The notes under the pieces were generated by a model, which made no database searches, had not been told where the DNA came from, and saw only the letters and a program-made list of their open reading frames with translations. DNA of 64,000 bases, taken from the UHGV virus genome UHGV-0312576; one strand, 5' to 3'. Both the position numbers and the translations under genes were made by a program. The DNA is from a virus. Below are positions 9,263 to 18,501 of this stretch, one piece after another; within the stretch, counting starts at the first letter, position 1, and the number at the start of each line of letters is the position of its first letter.

Positions 9263-10327
9263 ATGTCAATACCAATTTTTACAATGATGGTAGGTTTACC
9301 TGGTAGTGGTAAATCTACCTACGCAGAAAAACTATCAAAAGAACGCAGCGCAATAATTTGTAGTTCTGATAAAGTTAGAGAAGATTTGTATGGAGACGAA
9401 AACTCGCAAAGCAACAATGATGAGGTTTTTAAATTATTACATAAAAGAATTAAAGAACTTCTTAAAGCAGGCGAAAGTGTTATTTATGATGCGACGAATA
9501 TCAATTCCAAAAGACGTAGAGCATTTTTATCTGAATTGAGAAGTATTCCATGTAAAAAGATTTGCGTGATAATGGCAACTTCATTGAAGAAGTGTTGTAG
9601 ACAGAATAATTCTAGGAGCAGGACAGTTCCATATGAAGTTATTGAGAGAATGTATAAGAACTGGAATACCCCGTATTGGTTTGAAGGATGGGATGAGATT
9701 AAAGTTGCTTCGGAATATAAATTACCAAACCTAATTTTTTGTTGGTTGACGGATTATATGGATTTTAATCAACAAAATCCAAATCATACTTTAACACTTG
9801 GGAAACACTCTATTGAAGTAGGGGATTACTTTCCAGAAAATAGTTTATTGCGAGATGCTGGATACCTTCATGACTGTGGAAAGCCGTTTACAAAATCTTT
9901 TAATAACTCAAAGGGAGAAGAAACAAATGTGGCGCATTATTATCAACATCATTGTGTAGGAGCTTATGATAGTTTGTTTTATGACTATTCAGAAGGCGTT
10001 GATAGATTAGACGGCTCTATTCTAATTAATTTGCACATGATGCCTTATTTTTGGGAGAAAGACAAAGAGTACGGGGAGAAGACAAGGTTGAAATATAAGA
10101 AGCTATGGGGTGAGGAACTATATAACAATGTGATGAAACTGCATGAGGCTGTGGAGTGGTGCCAACAGCATGGTTTGGAATTTGATGCTATTAACGAGAA
10201 TCTACCGGAGACACTAGAGTGGCTTGGCGGAACTGAAAGTAGGAAAATTCACGCAGATGTCTTTATTGATGACAAGGCTGTTAATAAGCCAAAATATTGT
10301 GTGCCATATAAGGAGTGTACCATGTAA
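9263..10327 (+). CDS. Polynucleotide kinase (P-loop) fused to an HD-domain phosphohydrolase, i.e. an RNA end-healing enzyme.
   Basis: Walker A GLPGSGKST with SSD downstream, as in T4 Pnk. HD motifs H...H, LHDCGKP, HYYQHH. Confidence 0.65.
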   Translation: MSIPIFTMMVGLPGSGKSTYAEKLSKERSAIICSSDKVREDLYGDENSQSNNDEVFKLLHKRIKELLKAGESVIYDATNINSKRRRAFLSELRSIPCKKICVIMATSLKKCCRQNNSRSRTVPYEVIERMYKNWNTPYWFEGWDEIKVASEYKLPNLIFCWLTDYMDFNQQNPNHTLTLGKHSIEVGDYFPENSLLRDAGYLHDCGKPFTKSFNNSKGEETNVAHYYQHHCVGAYDSLFYDYSEGVDRLDGSILINLHMMPYFWEKDKEYGEKTRLKYKKLWGEELYNNVMKLHEAVEWCQQHGLEFDAINENLPETLEWLGGTESRKIHADVFIDDKAVNKPKYCVPYKECTM

Positions 10328-10812
10328 TGGAGCAGCTGAATTACCTTAAACAAAAGATGATTCCTATTGTGAATCAATGTCTGAAGATACATGGCGGTGG
10401 AGAAAGCTATTTTGATGAATTAGACGGTCTGATTAAGAATGACATTGAGTTAATGGTTACATATCTTAAATATGCAGTAGAAAAAGAGAAGATTGAGAAT
10501 GTGGTTGTATCTGGAGAAATTGGTCTTATATTATCTAAGCTAATCAGCAAAAAGATTATTCCCATGGATGTTAATTTAATATGTCTGAATGGAGGGCTGC
10601 GTAAGGGGGAGGAGCCGGTGGGAACTATCCCGCGTTACCAATCGTTCAAAGCCATCTTTTTCGATGACAGCTATTATAGTGGTAAGACGGCTATGGCAGT
10701 TCATGATTACATACATAAGTGTGGAGGAACCATTGTGAAGAATTACGTTTTCTACGATGGTTGCTTAAAGAAACATGATGATGTGGATAGTCTATATCGG
10801 TATTACAAATAG
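10327..10812 (+). CDS. Type I phosphoribosyltransferase-fold protein (APRT/HPRT-like, 161 aa).
   Basis: PRPP-binding signature AIFFDDSYYSGKTA (hydrophobic-DD-x-x-x-SG-T). VVVSGEIGLILSKL aligns with the PRTase hood region. TAATG overlap with the Pnk gene. Confidence 0.45.
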   Translation: MEQLNYLKQKMIPIVNQCLKIHGGGESYFDELDGLIKNDIELMVTYLKYAVEKEKIENVVVSGEIGLILSKLISKKIIPMDVNLICLNGGLRKGEEPVGTIPRYQSFKAIFFDDSYYSGKTAMAVHDYIHKCGGTIVKNYVFYDGCLKKHDDVDSLYRYYK

Positions 10813-10813
10813 G

Positions 10814-10834
10814 CTGAAATTTCGGTTTCGTGTG
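10814..10834 (+). repeat. Instance of the conserved intercistronic motif CTGAAATTTCGGTTTCGTGTG (core TCGGTTTCGTGTG), lying between a stop codon and a Shine-Dalgarno sequence.
   Basis: An identical 13-mer is present at 18502-18514. Variants at 11062, 12133, 12961, 16450, 20577, 13244, 22670 and 6843. Confidence 0.5.
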
Positions 10835-10852
10835 AGGAGGTGGGTGGCGAAA

Positions 10853-11056
10853 ATGTCAATTTTGATGATTGAAGACCAGCTTGTAACGGTTAAGGGATCA
10901 GAAGTTCTGAAAGCGCAATTTGAGAATTATTGTAGTTGGTGTTGGGGACACGGATACGGGAACTGTGATATGTGTAAAAGGGTTTATCACAGATATTATA
11001 TTCCGATTAGAAAAAGAGAACTTCAAGAAAAATTGGGATTAAATGATATAAGATGA
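10853..11056 (+). CDS. Small Cys/His-rich protein (67 aa).
   Basis: RBS GAGGAGGTGGGTGG. Preceded by the conserved intercistronic motif. Confidence 0.4.
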   Translation: MSILMIEDQLVTVKGSEVLKAQFENYCSWCWGHGYGNCDMCKRVYHRYYIPIRKRELQEKLGLNDIR

Positions 11057-11097
11057 AAGTCGAGTTTCTTGTGCTAATAGAAATGGGGTGACAGAAA

Positions 11098-11433
11098 ATG
11101 GAGTGTCCATATTGTGGTAAAGAATTAAACTGTGTAGACCATCATGGGACTGGAAGGCCGGAATGTTATTATGGAACGGCTGCTAACGGCATATATTATC
11201 CATCAACATATAACAAACTTGGTGACATTTATAAATGCAGTAACTCTTTTGGGTTCAACAACAAAAGCGAAGCTATGGATTATATTAACGCTCAATCAGA
11301 AGCAGATTTAGAGAAATATATTAATGATAATGAACTGGAAGACTGGATGGATATCGTCTGTGAGAGTGAAACATTTAATGAGAACTTCTACACAGACAAT
11401 AATGAAAATTTATTTGAGGGTTATCCATGTTAG
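11098..11433 (+). CDS. Hypothetical protein with an N-terminal zinc ribbon (111 aa).
   Basis: CPYCG...C..HHG. RBS GGGGTGACAGAAA. Confidence 0.4.
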   Translation: MECPYCGKELNCVDHHGTGRPECYYGTAANGIYYPSTYNKLGDIYKCSNSFGFNNKSEAMDYINAQSEADLEKYINDNELEDWMDIVCESETFNENFYTDNNENLFEGYPC

Positions 11434-11441
11434 GAGGTTGA

Positions 11442-11840
11442 ATGAAAGAACTTAGAATTATCATAGCTGGTGGGAGAGATTTTGACGATTTTGAATTACT
11501 TTACAAAAGTGTTGAGAAAATTCAGCTTGATTATGTTGATAGATATTTTGATGAATTATCAAGAGTTTGCATTGTAAGTGGAAACGCAAGAGGAGCTGAT
11601 AAACTTGGCGAATTATATGCGAAGAGAATGGGATTGCACATTTATATATGTCCAGCAGCGTGGGATTTATACGGAAAGAGTGCTGGTTACAGAAGAAATG
11701 CTGAAATGGCAAAGTTTGCTTCTGAAGATGGTAACATTGGCGTACTGATTGCATTCTGGGACGGTAAGAGTCGAGGAACTAAACATATGATTGATTTGGC
11801 GAAGAGATATGGACTGAAAGTACATGCGGTGAACTACTAG
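11442..11840 (+). CDS. DUF2493 / SLOG-family protein (predicted nucleotide-binding Rossmann-like fold).
   Basis: RIIIAGGRDF...CIVSGNARGADKLGE...LIAFWDGKSRGTKHMI pattern typical of phage DUF2493. Confidence 0.4.
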   Translation: MKELRIIIAGGRDFDDFELLYKSVEKIQLDYVDRYFDELSRVCIVSGNARGADKLGELYAKRMGLHIYICPAAWDLYGKSAGYRRNAEMAKFASEDGNIGVLIAFWDGKSRGTKHMIDLAKRYGLKVHAVNY

Positions 11841-11856
11841 ATGGGAGAATATATAA

Positions 11857-12126
11857 ATGAAGAAAACAAAACAGATTGATACATATTATTGTGATTATTG
11901 CGGTAAAGAGTGTGAACAAACACCGGAATATTTTATGCCAGAAATAAGAAAAGTACAATATACAAGCCGTTGCTCGAAAAATATTATTAGACCATCACAA
12001 AAGGATATTTGTCCAGTTTGCCAAAAGCAGATTGCGAAACTTATCAATCTCTTACATTATGCAGATTTTGTAGGTGATGATATGGAAAAAGTGGTATATG
12101 TGCTTTTGAAAAAGTCAAAGGCTTGA
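11857..12126 (+). CDS. Zinc-ribbon hypothetical protein (89 aa).
   Basis: CDYCGKEC ... CPVCQ. Confidence 0.4.
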   Translation: MKKTKQIDTYYCDYCGKECEQTPEYFMPEIRKVQYTSRCSKNIIRPSQKDICPVCQKQIAKLINLLHYADFVGDDMEKVVYVLLKKSKA

Positions 12127-12181
12127 AACTTTGGATTCGTGTGAAAGTGGGTGATTTAATATCATAAGAAATATAGATGAA

Positions 12182-12376
12182 ATGGCAGAAGATGAGTCAT
12201 TGTGTGAATATTGTGATGCGGAACCTGGTTGGCATATGCCTGGTGGCGGTACTCCGTATTCTTGTGAAGGCGCATATTGTAAAGAAGCATATGAGTGCTA
12301 TTTGAATGAATTGGGTATTTCCGATAGGGTTGTAAAGATTAAAAATAAAACAAAAGTGACGATAGAAAGGGATTAA
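12182..12376 (+). CDS. Small Cys-rich hypothetical protein (64 aa).
   Basis: ORF. CEYCD...C..C. Confidence 0.35.
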   Translation: MAEDESLCEYCDAEPGWHMPGGGTPYSCEGAYCKEAYECYLNELGISDRVVKIKNKTKVTIERD

Positions 12377-12377
12377 T

Positions 12378-12947
12378 ATGGGGCAGATTTTAAAGATAGA
12401 ATACGATATGGAAGACATGGTTCTTGGTATTAAAGAAGCGGTTAAAGAAGAATTGAAGCCTGAAATTGCTGAGGAAATCCGAGAGGAAATCAAGTCAGAA
12501 ATTAAGTCAGAGATTATGAATAAGGTAAAAGAACAGATTCCAGAGGATACATCGGTTTGGCTCAAAGATATTATGAAAGAAATTTATGATACAGAAATCA
12601 TCAGAGTCGGTGGTGGATGGAACGAAGATGATAAAGAATATACATTGAGAGAATATGTAATTGAACAGATTAAGGACAGGATTGTAAACAATGATTGTGG
12701 TTCAAAAAAGAGTTATTCTTCAACGTCATTTAATGAATGGTTTAGAGATAAATGTGTAGATACTGATATACAGAAAGTGATCGATAGAGAAATCAAGACA
12801 ATTCGTGATGATGTAAATAGCAAAGTAAAAAGTATGTTTGATAGCAGCACAAAGCAAATGTTATCAGAAGCGGTTCTGAATGTACTTATGGCGAATGATA
12901 CATATAAGAAAATCGAAAGCAATATTGGTAGTATAGCTTCAAAATAA
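12378..12947 (+). CDS. Hypothetical protein with an EE(I/L)K heptad-like repeat (189 aa).
   Basis: ATATG overlap with the upstream ORF. Repetitive EELKPEIAEEIREEIKSEIKSEI. Confidence 0.4.
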   Translation: MGQILKIEYDMEDMVLGIKEAVKEELKPEIAEEIREEIKSEIKSEIMNKVKEQIPEDTSVWLKDIMKEIYDTEIIRVGGGWNEDDKEYTLREYVIEQIKDRIVNNDCGSKKSYSSTSFNEWFRDKCVDTDIQKVIDREIKTIRDDVNSKVKSMFDSSTKQMLSEAVLNVLMANDTYKKIESNIGSIASK

Positions 12948-12989
12948 GGTTTGAAATCTTGGTTTCCTGTGTACGGGGAGGATAATAGT

Positions 12990-13238
12990 ATGGATCAAAA
13001 TAAATCAGATTATGAAATATATCTATCGTTATTACAAAATGCAAATATTAAACATGTTACTACAAAGGGAGACTTCCCAGAGAGTTTATATGATAATTTG
13101 TATATCGCTACATATGCATCTTATAGCGATAGTATAATAACTGTTCATCAATTTAAAGAGTCTGGTAAATTATGTGATATTTATATTGCAGATGCATGTA
13201 AAACTTTGGAAGAGTTTTTGAATTATACATCAGAATAA
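12990..13238 (+). CDS. Hypothetical protein (82 aa).
   Basis: RBS GGGGAGGATAATAGT then ATG. The track gives a longer version from 12951 in the same frame. Confidence 0.35.
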   Translation: MDQNKSDYEIYLSLLQNANIKHVTTKGDFPESLYDNLYIATYASYSDSIITVHQFKESGKLCDIYIADACKTLEEFLNYTSE

Positions 13239-13312
13239 ACCATCGTTTCATGAGAAATAAAGGAGCGTGAAAAAGTAGTAAAAATCGGTTAGAAGAAAGG
13301 TGGTGAAAAGTA

Positions 13313-13687
13313 GTGCATCCGAGCAAATTCTTTGAAGAGGTAGGTTGTCGGACTCACATGGATGTGTTTGAACAATATGATCCCTATATCAAGGAGCAGC
13401 TTAAAAATGTGCATCCTTTGAATTTCATAAAAACCAGGGTTACACTTCCGGTTTTCAAGATTACAATTTCATATAGTACAATAAAAGGTAATCTTCGCCA
13501 TACGGAAAAGTATATTGTTTTAGACAACTCACATCTAGAATCATCAGACTCATTTAATTTATATGTTGAATCAAATGTGCAAATGGAATGTGATTCCTAT
13601 AACTCGGCTCATCCAAAGAATCCGATGCTAGATTTTATGATAAATAAGATTGAATTCGTTTGTGACGCTGTGCTACCAATTGGGTAG
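13313..13687 (+). CDS. Hypothetical protein (124 aa, GTG start).
   Basis: ORF. RBS AAGGTGGTGAAAAG. Confidence 0.35.
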   Translation: MHPSKFFEEVGCRTHMDVFEQYDPYIKEQLKNVHPLNFIKTRVTLPVFKITISYSTIKGNLRHTEKYIVLDNSHLESSDSFNLYVESNVQMECDSYNSAHPKNPMLDFMINKIEFVCDAVLPIG

Positions 13688-13861
13688 GTTTTTACCAGAT
13701 GTATTAAACGCCTTTAGTAGATAAAGGTTGTCACGAGATTATGAAGCTGGAACGCTGAGATAAATAATCGAAAAAGATATGCGGTAGTGACATAAAAAGA
13801 CACCCGCTAAGTATGGCTTTGCCTCATGCAAGCGTAATAAATTGCGTGAGGAAAGTACATA

Positions 13862-14863
13862 TTGGTAGAAAGCAAATATACAGCAACAGACTTAAAGATT
13901 ATGCAGTCCTGGCTCCTGGAAAGAAAAATTCAGGTGAGTCAAACCAGGATATTAGAAACATATAACAGATATAATAACATGTGTTACGTCTCCTTTAGCG
14001 GAGGCAAGGATAGTAGCGTATTGGCTGATTTAACAGCCAGAGTATGTAAAGTACTAAACTGTAAATTAGTTCTATGGTTCTCAGATACAGGTCTTGAATT
14101 TCCAGAAGTAAAAAAACATGTCAAAGAGTTTCCAACCTATTTAAGAAACAGATATGGTATTGAAGTTGAACTGATAGTAGATTATCCGAGAGATAAATCT
14201 GGTAAGCGTATATCATTTAGAGATGTGGTGTTGACTGAAGGATATCCGGTTATCTCTAAAACTGTCAGCCGCCAGGTTCGCGATGTAAAGAAGCTTGGTA
14301 AAAATTGCTGGGCTTACGGATGTTTCAATGGCAGAGAGAAAGGTATCTATAATATGCTGCAATGGAAGTATCTTATTGATGCTCCATTCAAGGTATCCAA
14401 TAAGTGCTGCCAAATCATGAAGAAGAATCCAGCTAAGAGGTTCAATAAGAGTAGTGGAAGAATACCTATTATTGGGACCATGGCCTGTGAGAGTAAGCAG
14501 CGAAAAACAGAGCGGCTACATAATGGCTGTAATGCTTTCGATAAAGGGGAACCTAGCAGCCAACCGATTAGCTTTTGGACAGAAAATGATGTTCTGGAAT
14601 ATCTATACCGTTTTGATGTACCATATCCATCAGTTTATGGAGAAATATGTATTGATGAGGATGGCAAATATTATTGTACAGGATATAGTAGAACGGGATG
14701 TGTATTTTGCGCTTTTGGGTGTCATCTGGAAAAGGATATTAATCGATTCCAGAGATTATTAAAGACTCATCCGAGGCTTTGGCTTTATTGTATGAAACCT
14801 GTAATGTATGGTGGTCTGGGAATGGCTAAGGTGCTTAGGTATATAGGCGTAAAGTATTTTTGA
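13862..14863 (+). CDS. PAPS reductase-family PP-loop ATPase (DndC/CysH-like) with a C-terminal Cys cluster, phage-type.
   Basis: PP-loop SFSGGKDSS. C-terminal CTGYSRTGCVFCAFGC. Probable TTG start with RBS GAGGAAAG. Confidence 0.65.
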   Translation: MVESKYTATDLKIMQSWLLERKIQVSQTRILETYNRYNNMCYVSFSGGKDSSVLADLTARVCKVLNCKLVLWFSDTGLEFPEVKKHVKEFPTYLRNRYGIEVELIVDYPRDKSGKRISFRDVVLTEGYPVISKTVSRQVRDVKKLGKNCWAYGCFNGREKGIYNMLQWKYLIDAPFKVSNKCCQIMKKNPAKRFNKSSGRIPIIGTMACESKQRKTERLHNGCNAFDKGEPSSQPISFWTENDVLEYLYRFDVPYPSVYGEICIDEDGKYYCTGYSRTGCVFCAFGCHLEKDINRFQRLLKTHPRLWLYCMKPVMYGGLGMAKVLRYIGVKYF

Positions 14864-14865
14864 AT

Positions 14866-15288
14866 TTATGAGGAACCTGGAATAAGTTTAATTAGAGTCT
14901 CCACATCGGCATTACTACTTTTATTGAGGAGTGTCACTGATTGTATTTTGGTTATTATTTCGGGGTAACTTGCAACGATGTCACCCATAAAGTTCACCCT
15001 AATTGTATCGCCAGTTTTTATGTCGCTCAAAGCAATTGTCTCTGAATCGGCGTTTTGTATTATGACATCATTGAGATGCATTTTAATTATTCGTATTTCA
15101 TTTTCGCTATCAACTAAAATGTAATATTTATCTCTTGATTGCTGACCATTTACAATAACATATGTGCCTGTAAACTCAGCAGGATGATTGCCATATTCAA
15201 ACTCTTTATTCTGGCATGAAAATGAGGTTGTGTTTATTGCAATCAGTAGTATAATTCCGAAGCCGATGATATACAGATATCTCCTCAT
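14866..15288 (-). CDS. Lipoprotein / secreted protein (signal peptide, TSFSC lipobox), minus strand among + strand genes (moron-like).
   Basis: N-terminus MRRYLYIIGFGIILLIAINTTSFSC. RBS GAAAGGAGACTG (reverse complement of 15289-15300). Confidence 0.5.
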   Translation of the reverse strand: MRRYLYIIGFGIILLIAINTTSFSCQNKEFEYGNHPAEFTGTYVIVNGQQSRDKYYILVDSENEIRIIKMHLNDVIIQNADSETIALSDIKTGDTIRVNFMGDIVASYPEIITKIQSVTLLNKSSNADVETLIKLIPGSS

Positions 15289-15346
15289 TCCAGTCTCCTT
15301 TCTATTTTACATTAAAAATACTACAATCAAAATAAAAAGTCAATCT

Positions 15347-15364
15347 GAATGCTGAATAGCATTC
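15347..15364. promoter_or_regulatory. Perfect 7-bp palindrome GAATGCTgaatAGCATTC in the divergent intergenic region; candidate operator.
   Basis: Read directly. Lies between the minus gene 14866-15288 and the + gene 15475. Confidence 0.35.
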
Positions 15365-15474
15365 TAACGGTTTTGGTAACGGGGATGTTGGAGGTCCATT
15401 TAGAAGAGGTTTTGAGTTTGAATTGCAAGTGCTAAAGGTCGAGACAAATCATTCATGTGAGATGAGGTGATGGT

Positions 15475-15723
15475 ATGACAAATGTAGAGAAAATTGATTA
15501 TATGATTCAGTCATTGCAGATAGCAAAAGAAGAGATATCATATGCTCAGAGGTGGGCAGAGAAGTATAAGATAGACACAGAGCATTGTTGGACGGAGCGG
15601 ATTCCTAATGGAACAATAATTCGTGAGTCACTAAAGATGGTCGGTCGCATGGCAAATATCGTAGCGAATAATGTTGTTTTAAGTCCGTATTCCAAGGATG
15701 TGTTTAAACATGATGAATCATGA
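15475..15723 (+). CDS. Hypothetical protein (82 aa).
   Basis: RBS GAGGTGATGGT then ATG. Confidence 0.4.
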   Translation: MTNVEKIDYMIQSLQIAKEEISYAQRWAEKYKIDTEHCWTERIPNGTIIRESLKMVGRMANIVANNVVLSPYSKDVFKHDES

Positions 15724-15758
15724 ATTTCCTCTGTTAAATAAGGTAGGTATGAAAGTAT

Positions 15759-16028
15759 ATGACTATAAAGAAAATCCCATGTACATATGGAGAATATGAG
15801 TTTTATGAAACCATAAATAATACAGAAGTTAGAATTGCCTCATTAACAGGACAACTTGTGGGGCATTCAAAAATGTTCCTTACTATGTATTTTCCAGCAA
15901 GAGAATGTTCAGAAGTGATTCTTGATTTAAAGTATCATGCTTATGAAGAAGTGTTAGAAAAAGCAATGAGAATCATAAGGAAGAAGATGTATGTTGCAGC
16001 ACAAGAAATATTAAATGGAATACGATAA
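15759..16028 (+). CDS. Hypothetical protein (89 aa).
   Basis: RBS AAGGTAGGTATGAAAG. Confidence 0.4.
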   Translation: MTIKKIPCTYGEYEFYETINNTEVRIASLTGQLVGHSKMFLTMYFPARECSEVILDLKYHAYEEVLEKAMRIIRKKMYVAAQEILNGIR

Positions 16029-16067
16029 AATGCGACTTTCGAGCAAGGATAAAGGAGGAAAATTTAT

Positions 16068-16232
16068 ATGACAAGAATAACAGATAGAAACACCAATGGT
16101 TCCATAGATATTCTGGATGATTGGGGAAGATGTAGGTATACAATTCAAGGCAATGAGACTGGTTTGATTGCAGATATTGGTAGGAAACTTGCTGAATATG
16201 AAGATGATGCGGAAGTAATTGAGAATGAGTAA
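16068..16232 (+). CDS. Small hypothetical protein (54 aa).
   Basis: RBS AAAGGAGGAAAATTTAT then ATG. Confidence 0.35.
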   Translation: MTRITDRNTNGSIDILDDWGRCRYTIQGNETGLIADIGRKLAEYEDDAEVIENE

Positions 16233-16437
16233 TATGACAGATTTAGAACGGTTTGAAGATGCTTTGGTAACAGTTGGTATTGAGTATAATAAGAGGATTT
16301 TCCAACCTAAAAATTTTCCCAAAGTGATCGAACTTGATATAAATGAGAAATATATTTATATGTCATATAGTAATTCAGTAAGTATTAGATTTGATGAAGA
16401 TGGGAAATTTACCTGTTTTGAAGCTTTTGGAGAATAA
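16219..16437 (+). CDS. Hypothetical protein (72 aa; an alternative start at 16234 is possible).
   Basis: ORF tiling. Confidence 0.35.
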   Translation: MRMSNMTDLERFEDALVTVGIEYNKRIFQPKNFPKVIELDINEKYIYMSYSNSVSIRFDEDGKFTCFEAFGE

Positions 16438-16479
16438 GCAGTAAATGTAGGTTTCATGACGTGAAAAGGAGAGAAAAGA

Positions 16480-16911
16480 ATGAGACACAGAATTGGTGGA
16501 TTAGAGAATGTATATATGGGATTAGGTGCAGATAATATTCCATATGAATTAGACAATACGTGGAGTGGACATAAGGAATTAGATACTGTGGCAGATAAAA
16601 TGTTAGATGATGCGGTAGAAACACTATTTGCAGAAATCGGCGGCTTTGATTATAAGGTTACTTGCAACAATAATTCATTTAAGATTTTATTCGGAAGAGA
16701 ACCAGCGTATAAGCACGACCCGTATCAGATGTGTACAATAACCACTTTATATAATGAGTGCAATATTAAACGTGGAACAGCTAGAGGCTATTATGGTGAA
16801 GACGTTGAGATTGAATATGACAAAAATATTTCAGATGCAGATTGTGATAAAGCATTTGTAGAATTTGTTAACAAGTGGCATCCACAACTGCTAGAGGCTA
16901 TGAAGTGTTGA
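16480..16911 (+). CDS. Hypothetical protein (143 aa).
   Basis: RBS AAAAGGAGAGAAAAGA then ATG. Preceded by a variant of the intercistronic motif (GGTTTCATGACGTG). Confidence 0.45.
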   Translation: MRHRIGGLENVYMGLGADNIPYELDNTWSGHKELDTVADKMLDDAVETLFAEIGGFDYKVTCNNNSFKILFGREPAYKHDPYQMCTITTLYNECNIKRGTARGYYGEDVEIEYDKNISDADCDKAFVEFVNKWHPQLLEAMKC

Positions 16912-16928
16912 TTTCGAGAGGAGATGTT

Positions 16929-17201
16929 ATGGGAAGATTAATTGATTCAGATAAAGTGTCTACAAAGATATATTTGACTGGATGTCGTACTAATCAGATT
17001 GAAGAAGCGATTGACAATACAGAAACTGCATTTGATATGGATATGGTTCTGGAGCAGCTTGAAGACTATGGAAAGTTTAAGGGAGTACTTCGCTGCGAAG
17101 GTGAGAGCTTTGAAAACTACATACCAGTATCAGTGGCAAAGCTGATTGTGAAGGGGCGTGGCCTGGGTGGAGTCCTGGGATATGTGGAAGAAAACTTATG
17201 A
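16929..17201 (+). CDS. Hypothetical protein (90 aa).
   Basis: RBS GAGAGGAGATGTT then ATG. The track has a longer version starting at 16875. Confidence 0.4.
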   Translation: MGRLIDSDKVSTKIYLTGCRTNQIEEAIDNTETAFDMDMVLEQLEDYGKFKGVLRCEGESFENYIPVSVAKLIVKGRGLGGVLGYVEENL

Positions 17202-17631
17202 GAAGAAGATTTATATAGAAATACCTTTGAAAAAGGTATCTAGTAATTCCCTGCTAAATACCTTTCACCTGAGTTTCTTCCATTACCTTGTCAATTTTTC
17301 TTCCGTGATTCAACGGTCACTTGGGAACTGGACTTCGTCTCTTATTCGCTATATCCAGGGTAATATAGAGTTTTTAGACAAAACTTCGCAATTTATGGTA
17401 TCAGGAACCTTAACAATAGATGTCCCAGCTACGAAGTTCGTGAAGTAATGGTGCAGGGCAAATTCAAAACTGCCTTCAAACTAGTGCCCTCCAGCTCATT
17501 AGATTTGCCCTAGAAGGAGCAAGATAATTATACATAATTTTGAACAATATAATAACAATAAATTAGAGAAATTTTATGAAGTAAAAGCAACAGAATGAAT
17601 TCTAGTTTTCATGTGAATTGCATAGAGGGGA

Positions 17632-17883
17632 GTGTTTAGATTGGATTTAGTGAAAGTTGATATTGACGAACTTAGGTATCGTATAAATAAATTTGAACAG
17701 TGCACAAATAAAGAAGCCTATCTTATTATGAGCGGCAATACAATGAGTTGCTTGGAGAGTATATATCCATTTACTATATGGCATTCAGTAGAATATTCCA
17801 AAACAGGAATTGTCGCAGAATTTGACCATAGAAAGATATTTATCGATAAAGATATTGCTTTTGGAAAAGTCGAAATACGATGA
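17632..17883 (+). CDS. Small phage protein, paralog of the ORF at 20307-20567 (both end in FG(K/E)(V/I)EIR).
   Basis: Shares VKVDI, KFEQCTNKEAYLIMSGNTM and IAFGKVEIR with its paralog. Start uncertain: GTG 17632, TTG 17641 or GTG 17650. Confidence 0.45.
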   Translation: MFRLDLVKVDIDELRYRINKFEQCTNKEAYLIMSGNTMSCLESIYPFTIWHSVEYSKTGIVAEFDHRKIFIDKDIAFGKVEIR

Positions 17884-18497
17884 AGCACGTCTTTCATATT
17901 ATTACAGGGGGGGGGGATGAAAAAATAAAACAAATAATAAAACTGATGAAAATATTAATATCTAAATATGAATTAAAACACCCAGAAAATGAATCACCAG
18001 TCTATATTTGTGAAAATATTAATACTCGAAACAGATATAAAAATGAAAGATATAAGATTCCAGAAGATCAACCTCAGTGTCCCGTTTATAAAGACAATCG
18101 TTGCTGTGGTGGGTGTAAGTTAGCTCCTGAATGTGAACATTGTGTTGATTGTGGTTGCTATGGTTTTACAAAAGTTCACATGGGAGGAACAGATAAGAAT
18201 TACTATTTGCACAAGGCATCTAATAATTATGGTATAGGACGAATAGGCAAAGACGGAAAATTTGATTGGAACTACTACTATTTTAATAAAAAGCGGAAAG
18301 AGCTTAAGGTTGGTAAATATATTTTACAGAACAATAAAATATATGAAATTAAGTCATCTCCAAGTCGCAACGGTAAGTTCACAGCCCTAGAAATTGGTAC
18401 AGATAATTATGTGAGACTTAACATAAATGAAATGGAAAATTATATGTCTACATACGATAGCAAAGAGCAACTTATGTTATACAATAAAATGACATGA
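17880..18497 (+). CDS. Cys-rich hypothetical protein (205 aa).
   Basis: CPVYKDNRCCGGCKLAPECEHCVDCGCYGF cluster. ATGA overlap with the upstream ORF. Confidence 0.45.
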   Translation: MKHVFHIITGGGDEKIKQIIKLMKILISKYELKHPENESPVYICENINTRNRYKNERYKIPEDQPQCPVYKDNRCCGGCKLAPECEHCVDCGCYGFTKVHMGGTDKNYYLHKASNNYGIGRIGKDGKFDWNYYYFNKKRKELKVGKYILQNNKIYEIKSSPSRNGKFTALEIGTDNYVRLNINEMENYMSTYDSKEQLMLYNKMT

Positions 18498-18501
18498 AAA
18501 A

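Noticed and set aside
17158-17448. ORF 17158-17448 (96 aa) inside the 430-bp gap.
   Set aside because: No Shine-Dalgarno, start embedded in the preceding gene, low-complexity translation. The region is better explained as a structured non-coding segment.
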